In this document: positions 15,704 to 24,780 of the stretch, piece after piece
Numbering within the stretch: the first letter of the stretch is position 1
Layout of the letters: each line of letters begins with the position of its first letter
Assembly: GCF_964030745.1 (NCBI RefSeq)
Contig: NZ_OZ034918.1
Location: forward strand, 480,001 to 512,000
DNA length: 32,000 bases
Origin: Candidatus Saccharimonadota bacterium
GTDB lineage: Bacteria; Bacteroidota; Bacteroidia; Cytophagales; Amoebophilaceae
Direction of reading: 5' to 3'
Made by a program: the position numbers and the translations under genes
The notes under the pieces: generated by a model
Seen by the model: the letters and a program-made list of their open reading frames with translations, nothing else
What the model was told of the DNA's origin: nothing
Database searches by the model: none

Positions 15704-16135
15704 ATTCAAATAGATGTACAATCAATGGCGCGGGCTTAAGAGATAAATATTATTGACTATTAAATAGAACAGCATTTTTTACATGGAGTATTGGTATACA
15801 CAGCACTTATGGCCACCGATAAAAGATTTGGCGCGCAGTAAAGGCTCAGCCCCGCGTCTCCTTCGATAAAAAAATGGCGCTCTAGTAAAGCGCTAACACC
15901 TGAGCGATATCTTTTTCAGCGGATTAGAAAATCGTCTGTTTGAAGCGCGCTTGCGGGCTGAGTTCACGATTTTTCCGCTGAAAAAGATATCGATTCAGCT
16001 ATTTACTATCGGGCCAGACTTTTTATCGAAGGAGATAAGGGACCCAGCCATAGGCGTAAATAGATACTTATAATCAGGTAAAAATAAGATAAATGCCTTA
16101 AGCCCGCGCCATTGGGTGTACAATTACCTTTTTCT
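15704..16135. mobile_element. M3 MITE-like element carrying a nested P1 copy. It is bounded by imperfect inverted repeats of about 25 bp and by the 8-bp direct repeat ATGCATCT.
   Basis: tgtacaatcaatggcgcgggcttaag (15715-15740) versus cttaagcccgcgccattgggtgtaca (16097-16122). ATGCATCT occurs at 15696-15703 and 16136-16143. Confidence 0.55.
15846..16070 (-). repeat. P1 palindromic element, full copy, reverse orientation
   Basis: Its reverse complement is collinear with 5676-5900, including the core hairpin (gcgcgcttgcgggctgag). Confidence 0.9.
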
Positions 16136-16155
16136 ATGCATCTGATTGCCCCTTA

Positions 16156-16752
16156 TTACGGCAAAGCAGGTTTGGTGATTACCGCAACATGCTCTTTTGT
16201 TCCAATATCGTCTTTAAAATTAACCGTCTTGTCATGACCACCTGCATAAGCGTCCAATATATTCAATAGGTACCAGGCACTTGCAATGATAATAAATAGA
16301 TCACGTGTGCGTTCACATTCCTTAATACGTTTTTCGGTGAATGTAGGATTTGGTTTATCTGCACCTGTCATAAGTAAAGTTCGCTTATGTTTGTGCATCT
16401 CCCGGTGTTCTGAATAAATTCTATGGCCAAGAAAGGAAAACCCCAAATACAGGCAAGGCACTTTCCAATAATCTTTGTTATATACCTGCCCTAAGCCAGG
16501 AACTACCATAGAGCTAAGCCAGGAGCGTTGTACCTTAGCCTGTATACGCATGGTCTTATACAATAATGCTGCTTCATCTGCCTGATTAGCAGCTTGATGG
16601 TTAGATTGATTTTTTGTCGCATGTAGGATGCTAGGTGATTTGCTGCTAAAATCAGATACAATAAAGTTATGTGGTAGTATACTAGCTTGACTCAGGTAAG
16701 GGAAGTATAGCCATCCTGCCACCATTAAAAAAAACTTATAACATACCCTCAT
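16156..16752 (-). CDS. DUF5683-like membrane protein, the conserved partner downstream of parB in Bacteroidota
   Basis: It has a signal peptide and the VPGLGQVYNKDYWKVPCLY motif. Its ATG lies 3 nt after the parB stop. Confidence 0.6.
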   Translation of the reverse strand: MRVCYKFFLMVAGWLYFPYLSQASILPHNFIVSDFSSKSPSILHATKNQSNHQAANQADEAALLYKTMRIQAKVQRSWLSSMVVPGLGQVYNKDYWKVPCLYLGFSFLGHRIYSEHREMHKHKRTLLMTGADKPNPTFTEKRIKECERTRDLFIIIASAWYLLNILDAYAGGHDKTVNFKDDIGTKEHVAVITKPALP

Positions 16753-16755
16753 AGC

Positions 16756-17652
16756 TTACTGTATATTTGATATCATAGCAACAATTCTTCCTAATTCTTC
16801 CTCAGAATCAAATAAAATCTTTATTTCCCCCTGTTTTTGTGCGTCCGCTTTTATAATCACCTTTGTATTAAATTGTTGGGTTAACTGTGTGGTTGTATTT
16901 TTTAGTTTTGCTTTAAAAGAAGGATTAAGCTGTGTTTTAGCGGTTGCCTTTTTTAGGTGGCTGGCAGCAGATAAATCTTGCACTAGTTTTTCCACTTCTC
17001 GTACAGAAAGCGTACCTTCTAGGATCTTTTTTAATAAACTTAACTGTGTTTCTGGTGTCTGAAGGTTAATCAGCGCTCTTGCATGACCCATAGAAATTTT
17101 TTGATCTCGAAGCGCAATTTGAATATCAGGGGGCAATTTAAGCAACCGAAGGTAATTGTTCACTGTGGTTCTATCTTTTCCGACTCGTTCCGCTAATGCT
17201 TCCTGCGTTAGTTTACAGTCTGTTAATAAACGCTGATAACTTAACGCAATTTCAATCGCATTTAATGACTCCCGTTGAATATTTTCGATGAGTGCCACCT
17301 CTAGCATGTGTAAATCTTCAGTGGTACGTATGTAGGCTGGTACCTCTTCCAAGCCCGCTAATTTAGCAGCACGCAACCGCCGTTCTCCAGCTACTAACTG
17401 ATATACCTGATCGTCTACTTTACGTACAGTAAGTGGTTGTATAATACCATGTATTTTTATGGATTCGCTTAACTCATTTAGCGTTTCTTGGTTAAAGTCT
17501 TGTCGGGGTTGGCAAGGATTGATGGCAATGGATGCGATCTGAATCATTTTAAAAAAACACTCAGTAGCATCAGCAGCAGCTTCTGTATGCGCTCCCTGTA
17601 ACAGTGCACTTAACCCCCTGCCTAGGACGCGCTTTCCTTTTGTAGGCTCCAT
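16756..17652 (-). CDS. parB: Chromosome partitioning protein ParB (Spo0J)
   Basis: GRGLSALL...IQPLTVRKVDD.YQLVAGERRLRAAKLAGL..VPA...ALIENIQRESLN...HTH LTQEALAERVGKDRTTVNNYLRLLKLP. Confidence 0.95.
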   Translation of the reverse strand: MEPTKGKRVLGRGLSALLQGAHTEAAADATECFFKMIQIASIAINPCQPRQDFNQETLNELSESIKIHGIIQPLTVRKVDDQVYQLVAGERRLRAAKLAGLEEVPAYIRTTEDLHMLEVALIENIQRESLNAIEIALSYQRLLTDCKLTQEALAERVGKDRTTVNNYLRLLKLPPDIQIALRDQKISMGHARALINLQTPETQLSLLKKILEGTLSVREVEKLVQDLSAASHLKKATAKTQLNPSFKAKLKNTTTQLTQQFNTKVIIKADAQKQGEIKILFDSEEELGRIVAMISNIQ

Positions 17653-17701
17653 AATTAAAAATTTTACATTAAACCTCTTTCAAGTTTTCAAAAGCAGTCT
17701 A

Positions 17702-18475
17702 TTATTTCTTAGCGCTACTAGCAATTTCTTCAGCAAGGCTAAGATAACTAATCGCTCCCTTACTATCCGAATCATAAATAATGGCCGGCATACCAAAGCT
17801 TGGCGCTTCACTTAATTTAATATTTCTTGGAATAATCGCTTCAAAGACCATGCTTTGAAAATGTTTCTTGACCTCTGCTACAATTTGGTTGGCCAGACGG
17901 AGCCTTGCATCATACATCGTCATCAATATCCCCTCGATTTCCAGGTTGGGGTTCAGCCGAGATTGAATAATTTTAGTTGTATTTAATAGCTTTCCTAGCC
18001 CTTCTAATGCAAAATATTCACACTGTACCGGTATAATTAAAGAGTCTGCAGCAGTGAGTGCATTGATGGTGATTAAGCCTAAGGAGGGGGCACAGTCCAC
18101 TATGATGTAATCATAAGTGGGCACTATCGGCTTAAGGGCTTCTCTAATCCTGCCTTCTCGGTTCTTAAAGTTAACCATTTCTACTTCTGCACCAACTAGG
18201 TTGATATGGGAAGGCAACAGGTCCAGATTAGGTATACTGGTTGATTGAATCAATAGTTTAGGATCTACAGCCTCCACAATGCATTCGTAGATGCTGTGTT
18301 CCACTTCTTCTGGTTTAATGCCTACTCCAGAAGTTGCATTTGCCTGTGGATCAATATCAATAAGAAGGGTTTTCTTTTCTAAGATAGCAAGACTTGCTGC
18401 TAGGTTTATAGCAGTAGTGGTTTTGCCAACTCCACCCTTCTGATTTACAATCGCTACGATTTTTCCCATAAACAC
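17702..18475 (-). CDS. parA: Chromosome partitioning ATPase ParA (Soj)
   Basis: Deviant Walker [17 protein letters not shown], plus DIDPQANAT and [13 protein letters not shown]. Confidence 0.95.
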   Translation of the reverse strand: MFMGKIVAIVNQKGGVGKTTTAINLAASLAILEKKTLLIDIDPQANATSGVGIKPEEVEHSIYECIVEAVDPKLLIQSTSIPNLDLLPSHINLVGAEVEMVNFKNREGRIREALKPIVPTYDYIIVDCAPSLGLITINALTAADSLIIPVQCEYFALEGLGKLLNTTKIIQSRLNPNLEIEGILMTMYDARLRLANQIVAEVKKHFQSMVFEAIIPRNIKLSEAPSFGMPAIIYDSDSKGAISYLSLAEEIASSAKK

Positions 18476-18600
18476 TGCGATTTGCTCGCATAAATTTTAC
18501 TAATAATCAGATTGTTGCCAAATCCTCGCTTTCTATTTCTCAACTTACAAGGGAATTCAGTAATGTAAAAAACAGAAATCAAGTAAAAAATAACACATAA

Positions 18601-18752
18601 TATATGCAGCCTGCTTTCGAAGGTTCGCTTATGCCGATTGGCAAGAGCAACAAAACAAAAAACCGTAGCCTACTAGGTGTAGGTTACGATATTTAAGCAG
18701 CGGATCAGCCTACAAGCGAACCGCAAAAGTAACATTTCGAAAGCAGTATATA
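18601..18752. repeat. P3: long imperfect hairpin of about 150 bp (MITE-like or a structured RNA)
   Basis: tatatgcagcctgctttcgaaggttcgctt pairs with aagcgaaccgcaaaagtaacatttcgaaagcagtatata. The centre is gtagcctactaggtgtaggttac. Confidence 0.6.
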
Positions 18753-19000
18753 TAAACATTGAAAAATAATGAATATTAAACTACAAATAACGCTTCATTA
18801 CTTTAATGAGCACCACATTATATGTGGTGTTAATCACTCCAATCTATGAAAAAATCAAAATATATCAAAAGGTATTCCTGATAAGGATTTCCCATCTTAC
18901 TTTTTGCACCTTTACAAAATGTACTTTTTATATATGGAAATATGACTAATCTGTCATTACTACCAGGTTTTGGGCGATTTAGTCCATGCAAGAGTGGTAG

Positions 19001-20863
19001 CTATCTCCCTAAATAAACCATTAAAATGGAAACATCAGCTGGGCGTACGCCACTAATACGCGAAGCTTGCCCTAATGTAGCAGGTCTTTTCTTTTGAAGT
19101 TTTTCTAATGCTTCTGCCGAGAGTGCTTTTAACTTGGTGTAATCAAAATTAGAGGGAATGGTATAATGCTCTAAGCGTTCCATTTTCTCTACAAGTTCCC
19201 TTTCTTTTAGAAAATAACTTTCATATTTCAGTTGAATGCTCACTTGTTGAAGCACCTCTTTATCATAAGCAGATAGCGTATTTCCTTGCTGCTTATCTAG
19301 TACAAGCAGGTCATTAAGGTCCATCTCTGGCCTTTTTAATAATGCTTCAGCAGACTGTGCTTCATCTATTAAGCTTGCATTTTTTGCTACTAACGTTGCA
19401 TTAATGCTGTCTGGATGCACCTTCCATTTTTTTAAAAAATGAAAGATATCAGCCATTTCCTCTTTCTTTTTATATACTTTCTGCAGTCGATTGTCATCAG
19501 CTAAGCCTATTGCATGTCCCCGTTCTGTTAAACGCAAGTCTGCATTATCTTGCCTTAGTAAGATGCGAAATTCAGCCCGTGAAGTAAACATACGGTAAGG
19601 CTCTTCTGTTCCCTTGCTTACTAAATCATCTATTAAAACCCCAATATAGGCCTCAGATCTTTTGAATACCACTGGACTGAGCTCATGAATCTTTCTATAG
19701 GCATTAATTCCTGCCATTAGGCCTTGACAAGCAGCTTCTTCATAACCAGTGGTGCCATTGATTTGGCCTGCAAAGTAAAGATTTTGAACCAATTGAGTTT
19801 CTAGCGTATAGTGCAATTGTGTAGGGGGAAAATAATCATATTCGATTGCATAACCAGGGCAAAGCATTTTTGCGTTTTCAAAACCAACTATAGCCCTGAG
19901 CATTTTGAATTGAATGGCTTCTGACAACGAGGTAGACAATCCATTTACATAGACTTGAATGGTATGCCAGCCTTCTGGTTCTACAAAAATTTGATGACGC
20001 TCTTTATCTGCAAATCTATAGACCTTATCCTCTATAGAAGGACAGTAACGAGGACCAGCGCTTTGAATTTGCCCATTATAGATGGGGATGTCTGCCACAT
20101 TATCCTTAATGAGATTGTGTACAGCTGGATTGGTATAGGTAATATAACAACTTTTTTGTTTTGCAAGAGGCTCTTGGCTTAAAAAAGAAAAACTACCCGG
20201 AAAGGCATCACCTGGCTGAATCTCCATCTTATCGTAATCTAATGTTCTGCCATCTACACGAGGAGAGGTGCCTGTTTTCATCCTTCCTGTTTCAAACCCT
20301 AGTTTCTGCAGTTGCTCAGTCATACCCGTAGCAGCCCTTTCTGCAGAACGACCACCGGCTATTTTTTTTGTACCAATATGAATCATTCCATTTAAAAAGG
20401 TCCCATTGGTTAAAATAACCGCTCGACTCTCTATCGTAATACCTAGCGCAGTTTGTACCCCCCGAACCCTTCCATCTTGTATCAACAAGGAGACAACCAT
20501 ATCTTGCCAGAAATCCAGATTGGGCAATGATTCGAGCGCCCTTTTCCAACATTCTGAGAATAACCTTCGATCATTTTGGGTACGAGGACTCCACATTGCT
20601 GGCCCCTTTGAGGTATTCAACATTCTAAACTGAATGGCTGACTGATCTGCTACAATACCAGAAAATCCCCCTAAAGCATCTATTTCCCGAATAAGCTGCC
20701 CTTTTGCAATACCCCCCATAGCTGGATTGCAAGACATTTGACCAATGGTTTGCAAATTCATCGTAATTAGCAAAACCTTAGCACCCAATTTAGAGGCAGC
20801 TGTAGCCGCTTCACACCCTGCGTGCCCACCACCAACTACAATAATGTCATATTTAAGCAACAT
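19001..20863 (-). CDS. mnmG: tRNA uridine-5-carboxymethylaminomethyl synthesis enzyme MnmG (GidA)
   Basis: [16 protein letters not shown]...MSCNPAMGG...[16 protein letters not shown]...[18 protein letters not shown], 620 aa. Confidence 0.97.
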   Translation of the reverse strand: MLLKYDIIVVGGGHAGCEAATAASKLGAKVLLITMNLQTIGQMSCNPAMGGIAKGQLIREIDALGGFSGIVADQSAIQFRMLNTSKGPAMWSPRTQNDRRLFSECWKRALESLPNLDFWQDMVVSLLIQDGRVRGVQTALGITIESRAVILTNGTFLNGMIHIGTKKIAGGRSAERAATGMTEQLQKLGFETGRMKTGTSPRVDGRTLDYDKMEIQPGDAFPGSFSFLSQEPLAKQKSCYITYTNPAVHNLIKDNVADIPIYNGQIQSAGPRYCPSIEDKVYRFADKERHQIFVEPEGWHTIQVYVNGLSTSLSEAIQFKMLRAIVGFENAKMLCPGYAIEYDYFPPTQLHYTLETQLVQNLYFAGQINGTTGYEEAACQGLMAGINAYRKIHELSPVVFKRSEAYIGVLIDDLVSKGTEEPYRMFTSRAEFRILLRQDNADLRLTERGHAIGLADDNRLQKVYKKKEEMADIFHFLKKWKVHPDSINATLVAKNASLIDEAQSAEALLKRPEMDLNDLLVLDKQQGNTLSAYDKEVLQQVSIQLKYESYFLKERELVEKMERLEHYTIPSNFDYTKLKALSAEALEKLQKKRPATLGQASRISGVRPADVSILMVYLGR

Positions 20864-21035
20864 AGATTTAAAAATGTTTCACGTGAAACATCCAATTAAT
20901 AATTGGATAAAGAGAAGGATTATCCTTTAAGAGTAGCTTATTTGGCAGCAAGCCCTTAAACTCACTTCCTACTGTGGATCAATGAGATTGATTGTATAAT
21001 TTAATGATCAAATGGTATATATAACTACTAACCCC

Positions 21036-21176
21036 ACAGAACTCTTTAACAACCCGTTTCTAATGGCGATTTTGAGACTTGCCCATGTTGCTCAACCATA
21101 GCTGAATATGTTGCAATGCTCGATTACGTTGTCTCTAAAAATTGTGCATCACAAATAGGTTTCCTAAAAGCCCTAG
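21036..21176 (+). mobile_element. M1-family MITE, diverged copy
   Basis: cccgtttctaatggcgattttgagacttg...ctaaaaattgtgcatcacaaataggtttcctaaaagccctag aligns with 9811-9955. Confidence 0.7.
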
Positions 21177-21256
21177 TAAAGCATGCAACCCTAAATAGGC
21201 TGCATGCCTTGTTGCATAGCAATTGACTGACCCATCCCTTCTTTAGGGAGGAGGGA

Positions 21257-21712
21257 CTATACTAGCAACTCTATAGAACAGGGGATTTCTTTTATAAGTA
21301 GATCGCGACCAGGAAAGAAAAATGCAATTTCTTCAGCAGCTGTTTCATCTGAATCTGAGCCATGAATAGCATTATAATCGATAGAAGTAGCAAATGCCTT
21401 TCTAATGGTACCTTCGGCAGCTTCTGCTGGATTGGTAGCACCCATTAGTTTGCGTAGACCTGCTACTGCTTCTTCTTTTTCTAATACCATAGCTACTACA
21501 GGTCCAGAAGCTATGAATTTACACAAGTCTTTATAAAAAGGACGGTCTGCATGGACTGCATAAAAATGCTCCGCAGCAGTTTGTGTCAACTGAAGCATAG
21601 ACATTGCATGTATAGCAAAGCCTTCTTTTTCTATCATAGCAAGAATAGCACCAATATGGTTGGCACCTACTGCGTCAGGTTTAATCATTGAAAACGTATA
21701 TCTTCCTTTCAT
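21257..21712 (-). CDS. ndk: Nucleoside diphosphate kinase
   Basis: [10 protein letters not shown]...[19 protein letters not shown]...RKLMGATNP...GTIR...NAIHGSDS. I prefer the internal ATG at 21712 ([13 protein letters not shown]) over the track start at 21766. Confidence 0.9.
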   Translation of the reverse strand: MKGRYTFSMIKPDAVGANHIGAILAMIEKEGFAIHAMSMLQLTQTAAEHFYAVHADRPFYKDLCKFIASGPVVAMVLEKEEAVAGLRKLMGATNPAEAAEGTIRKAFATSIDYNAIHGSDSDETAAEEIAFFFPGRDLLIKEIPCSIELLV

Positions 21713-22084
21713 TTTACTAACTGGATAAATGTGACTGGTAAGGGATTGTGCTTGTTTTAGCCCCACGATGGGGACTACACCTTAAACAAACAATTGTATG
21801 CATTGAAGTTTCTTAGCAGTTATAACTGGAAAGCATGCTACTATTCTCATGCATATAGCTAAATCTCATCCTGAAATAGGTTAAGGTTTTAGTGCAGGTA
21901 CTACTACTTCTGAGTACGCTACAAATATAATATTTTTTAGGCCTTAGTCAAGGATTAGGTAGATGGTGTGGTTCCTGACCCCTAATTGCCCAACCCTTTC
22001 TTTACTCTAAAGTACTACATCCAGACTATAGTAAGGCAGACTCATGACTATCCCTTTTTAAGCAGCATAAGCGATACTATTTAA

Positions 22085-22232
22085 CTAGAGAGCTTCTGCA
22101 AAGCCTATTTCTAATGGAAATTTTGGTGTCGAAGCTTGTCTATGCTCCTCAAATACATCTAGTATGCTGCGGTGCTCGACTGCGCTACCCCTAAAAATTG
22201 CTGATCACAAATAGCTTTTACAGAAAGCCTTA
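22085..22232 (+). mobile_element. M1-family MITE, about 90% identical internally to the 9814-9953 copy
   Basis: atttctaatggaaattttggtgtcgaagcttgtctatgctcctcaaatacatctagtatgctgcggtgctcgac...ctaaaaattgctgatcacaaa. Confidence 0.85.
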
Positions 22233-22340
22233 GGCCAAAGATGTTGAAAACAATCAGCCCAGTGACAAAAAATAGATTATATTGCAAGCCACCTTTTACT
22301 TGACCTGACCCAAAGCAACCTCAATTAGAATCTAGCACAG

Positions 22341-23048
22341 ATGGTACAAAATAGGGAAATAGCTGTAAAACAATTGGGCTTAATAGATTATCAAGAAGCA
22401 TTGGCGATTCAGGAAGCTTGCTATAAAACTATTGTGGATCGCAAGTGTGGCCATGCTACAGCTCAGCAACCCAACCAAGCCCCACCTGCCGGTTACTTGC
22501 TTTTTTGTGAACACCCCCCCGTATATACCCTGGGAAGAAGCGGATCTATCGACCATTTATTGGTCGATACAACCACCTTAGAGACACAGTCGATTGCCCT
22601 GTATCATGTAAATAGAGGGGGAGATATTACCTATCATGGACCAGGGCAGTTGGTAGTCTATCCTATTATTGATCTGGAATTTTTTTGTACAGACATACAT
22701 CGTTACCTGCGCCTGCTTGAAGCATCTGTTGTAGAGACGTTGGCCTATTTTGGAATTCTATCAATGTGTTGCGCTGGGTTAACTGGCGTATGGCTACCGG
22801 CAGATAAAACTACAAAACAACCCGATCGAAAGATTTGTGCCATTGGCATTAGAGTAAGCAGATGGGTCACCATGCATGGACTGGCCCTAAATATAACCAA
22901 TGATCTGACACCTTTTGAGCAAATCATACCTTGCGGCCTGCATAAGAAGGTGACATCTATGAAACAAGAATTGAACAGACACATTGCATTAATGTCTGTA
23001 TCAGACATTTTGGGGAAAAATATTCTAAATAAGTTATATTCTGTATAA
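22341..23048 (+). CDS. lipB: Lipoyl(octanoyl) transferase LipB
   Basis: HPPVYTLGRSG...RGGDITYHGPGQLVVYPI...KICAIGIRVSRWVTMHGLALNI. Confidence 0.93.
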   Translation: MVQNREIAVKQLGLIDYQEALAIQEACYKTIVDRKCGHATAQQPNQAPPAGYLLFCEHPPVYTLGRSGSIDHLLVDTTTLETQSIALYHVNRGGDITYHGPGQLVVYPIIDLEFFCTDIHRYLRLLEASVVETLAYFGILSMCCAGLTGVWLPADKTTKQPDRKICAIGIRVSRWVTMHGLALNITNDLTPFEQIIPCGLHKKVTSMKQELNRHIALMSVSDILGKNILNKLYSV

Positions 23049-23117
23049 ATTTTGTATTAAACTTTTATTTAAAATAAAGTATCAAATATTTATATTGTGT
23101 ATAAGGCTTCCATTTTA

Positions 23118-23262
23118 GGATACACAAGGCCTTATTGATGACCATTTTGTAATGAATAGTTCTTAGATGCAGTGCAGTTAAGCACAGAAGCATACTAGGT
23201 GTATTTGAGGGGTATAGACAAGTCCCCCAAGTGGTCATTACAAATAGCTTTACGGGCTCAGC
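23118..23262 (-). mobile_element. M1-family MITE, degenerate, reverse orientation
   Basis: gtatttgaggggtatagacaag...gtggtcattacaaatagc aligns to the reverse complement of the M1 consensus (gtatttgaggagcatagacaag...attgccattagaaatagg). Confidence 0.55.
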
Positions 23263-23361
23263 CTGTAAAGGGTCAGCAGCATTAGTGTTTCAAAAGAAAC
23301 CTAATAGAAAGGAACTGATAACCATGTTTTGTTTTCTACTTATTAAATTTGCTAATGCCAG

Positions 23362-23739
23362 ATGCAACATAGAGGAGAAATTATTGAAAGTGTAGTGAGA
23401 AGAAGCGGTCTCTCTCTTTCAGCATTAGCTGAAAAAATGGGTATAAGTAGAAATACGCTCTACAATAGATTTAAGCAGAAAAACTTGAGCTATGACTTTA
23501 TATTGAACTTAGGGGTGGTGCTGCACTATAATTTTGTGATTCATTTTCCTGAGATGAAGTCAGATAGAGCACTGTCAGATGATTTCCGTTCAAAATTATT
23601 TCAACTTGAGGAGAAGTATAAAAAGCTATTGGAAAAATACAATTGGTTGTTGAAATTTTTGCTAAAAAAATCGCAGGAGGTCGATCAACATGCCTTCTAT
23701 AAGCAAATTAAAGAATTCATCAACTCTTCTTCTTTTTAA
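23362..23739 (+). CDS. Third member of the HTH plus coiled-coil family (125 aa)
   Basis: GEIIESVVRRSGLSLSALAEKMGISRNTLYNRFKQKNLSYDFILNLGVVLHYNF...LFQLEEKYKKLLEKYNWLLKFLL. TAAATTTG (23344-23351) fits the Bacteroidota -7 promoter motif TAnnTTTG. Confidence 0.75.
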   Translation: MQHRGEIIESVVRRSGLSLSALAEKMGISRNTLYNRFKQKNLSYDFILNLGVVLHYNFVIHFPEMKSDRALSDDFRSKLFQLEEKYKKLLEKYNWLLKFLLKKSQEVDQHAFYKQIKEFINSSSF

Positions 23740-23752
23740 CTTCAGCGAAAGT

Positions 23753-24541
23753 ATGACAACATCTATAAGGATTAAAAAATCATTGGGGCAGCATTTTTTA
23801 GTAGATAGTACTGTCTCTAGTCAAATAGCTAACCTATTAACAGATAAAAGTCTAGCAGGTACAGTAGTTGAAGTGGGACCTGGTAGGGGTAGCTTAACAG
23901 AAATGTTGATCGCTAAGCCTATTGCTGGTTTATACCTTGTAGAGATAGACCGCGAATTGATACCCTATCTAAAAAAGAAATATGCCCCATTAAAGGAGCG
24001 CATTATAGAGGCAGATTTTTTAACGCTGCCTCTAACCGAACAGTTTCAAGACGCACATTTGACGATTATTGGCAATTTCCCCTACAATATTTCGTCTCAG
24101 ATTTTCTTTAAAATTTTGCATAACCGTCATCTGGTCCATGAAGTAGTAGGTATGGTTCAAAAAGAAGTAGCACAACGGATTGTTGCCCAACCAGGCAATA
24201 AGGTATATGGTATACTGAGTGTATTTTTACAAGCATTCTATGCTATAGAATACCAGTTTACAGTCCCCCCCCACCTCTTTCTGCCGCCACCTAAGGTAGA
24301 TTCTGCCGTTATTACCATGCATCGCAATAACGTACAAAAATTGCCATGTAATGAGTCACTTTTTTTTAAAATAGTCAAAAGTGGTTTTCAACAACGTAGA
24401 AAGAAGTTACAAAATGCTTTGCGCGCTTTGGGTATATCCAATATAGGCTGTGCTGATTTACTGAATAAACGCGCGGAAGAACTCAGTGTAGCTGATTTTG
24501 TAACACTAACTAATGCATTGGAAAACAAGACGTTGACTTAG
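23753..24541 (+). CDS. rsmA: 16S rRNA (adenine1518/1519-N6)-dimethyltransferase RsmA/KsgA
   Basis: KKSLGQHFL...VVEVGPGRGSLT...IIGNFPYNISSQI...PPPKVDSAVI. The start was moved to the ATG at 23753, which avoids overlap with the upstream gene. Confidence 0.93.
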   Translation: MTTSIRIKKSLGQHFLVDSTVSSQIANLLTDKSLAGTVVEVGPGRGSLTEMLIAKPIAGLYLVEIDRELIPYLKKKYAPLKERIIEADFLTLPLTEQFQDAHLTIIGNFPYNISSQIFFKILHNRHLVHEVVGMVQKEVAQRIVAQPGNKVYGILSVFLQAFYAIEYQFTVPPHLFLPPPKVDSAVITMHRNNVQKLPCNESLFFKIVKSGFQQRRKKLQNALRALGISNIGCADLLNKRAEELSVADFVTLTNALENKTLT

Positions 24542-24780
24542 GCTATAACAGCCTATTATTTGTATCCATCATAAAAATTGCTTAAAATTATATGGTTTTG
24601 GTTGTTTGCCATTTATCTGTGCGTTTTTATCTCTATTGATCCCCAAGTTATATATTGTTTTATTAACCAAAGTCAATATAATCGATTTAATAAAGCTGAT
24701 TCAGCTTACATTTTTATAGGAAAGCCCTTTATCCTACGTTTAATCTTCTAAGCAGCGCTTATCCAACCGCATTCTGTCTT

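Noticed and set aside
21713-21766. N-terminal extensions in the track models for ndk (21766) and rsmA (23690)
   Set aside because: Internal ATGs (21712; 23753) give canonical N-termini ([13 protein letters not shown]; MTTSIRIKKSLGQHFL). In rsmA the internal start also removes an overlap with the upstream gene.
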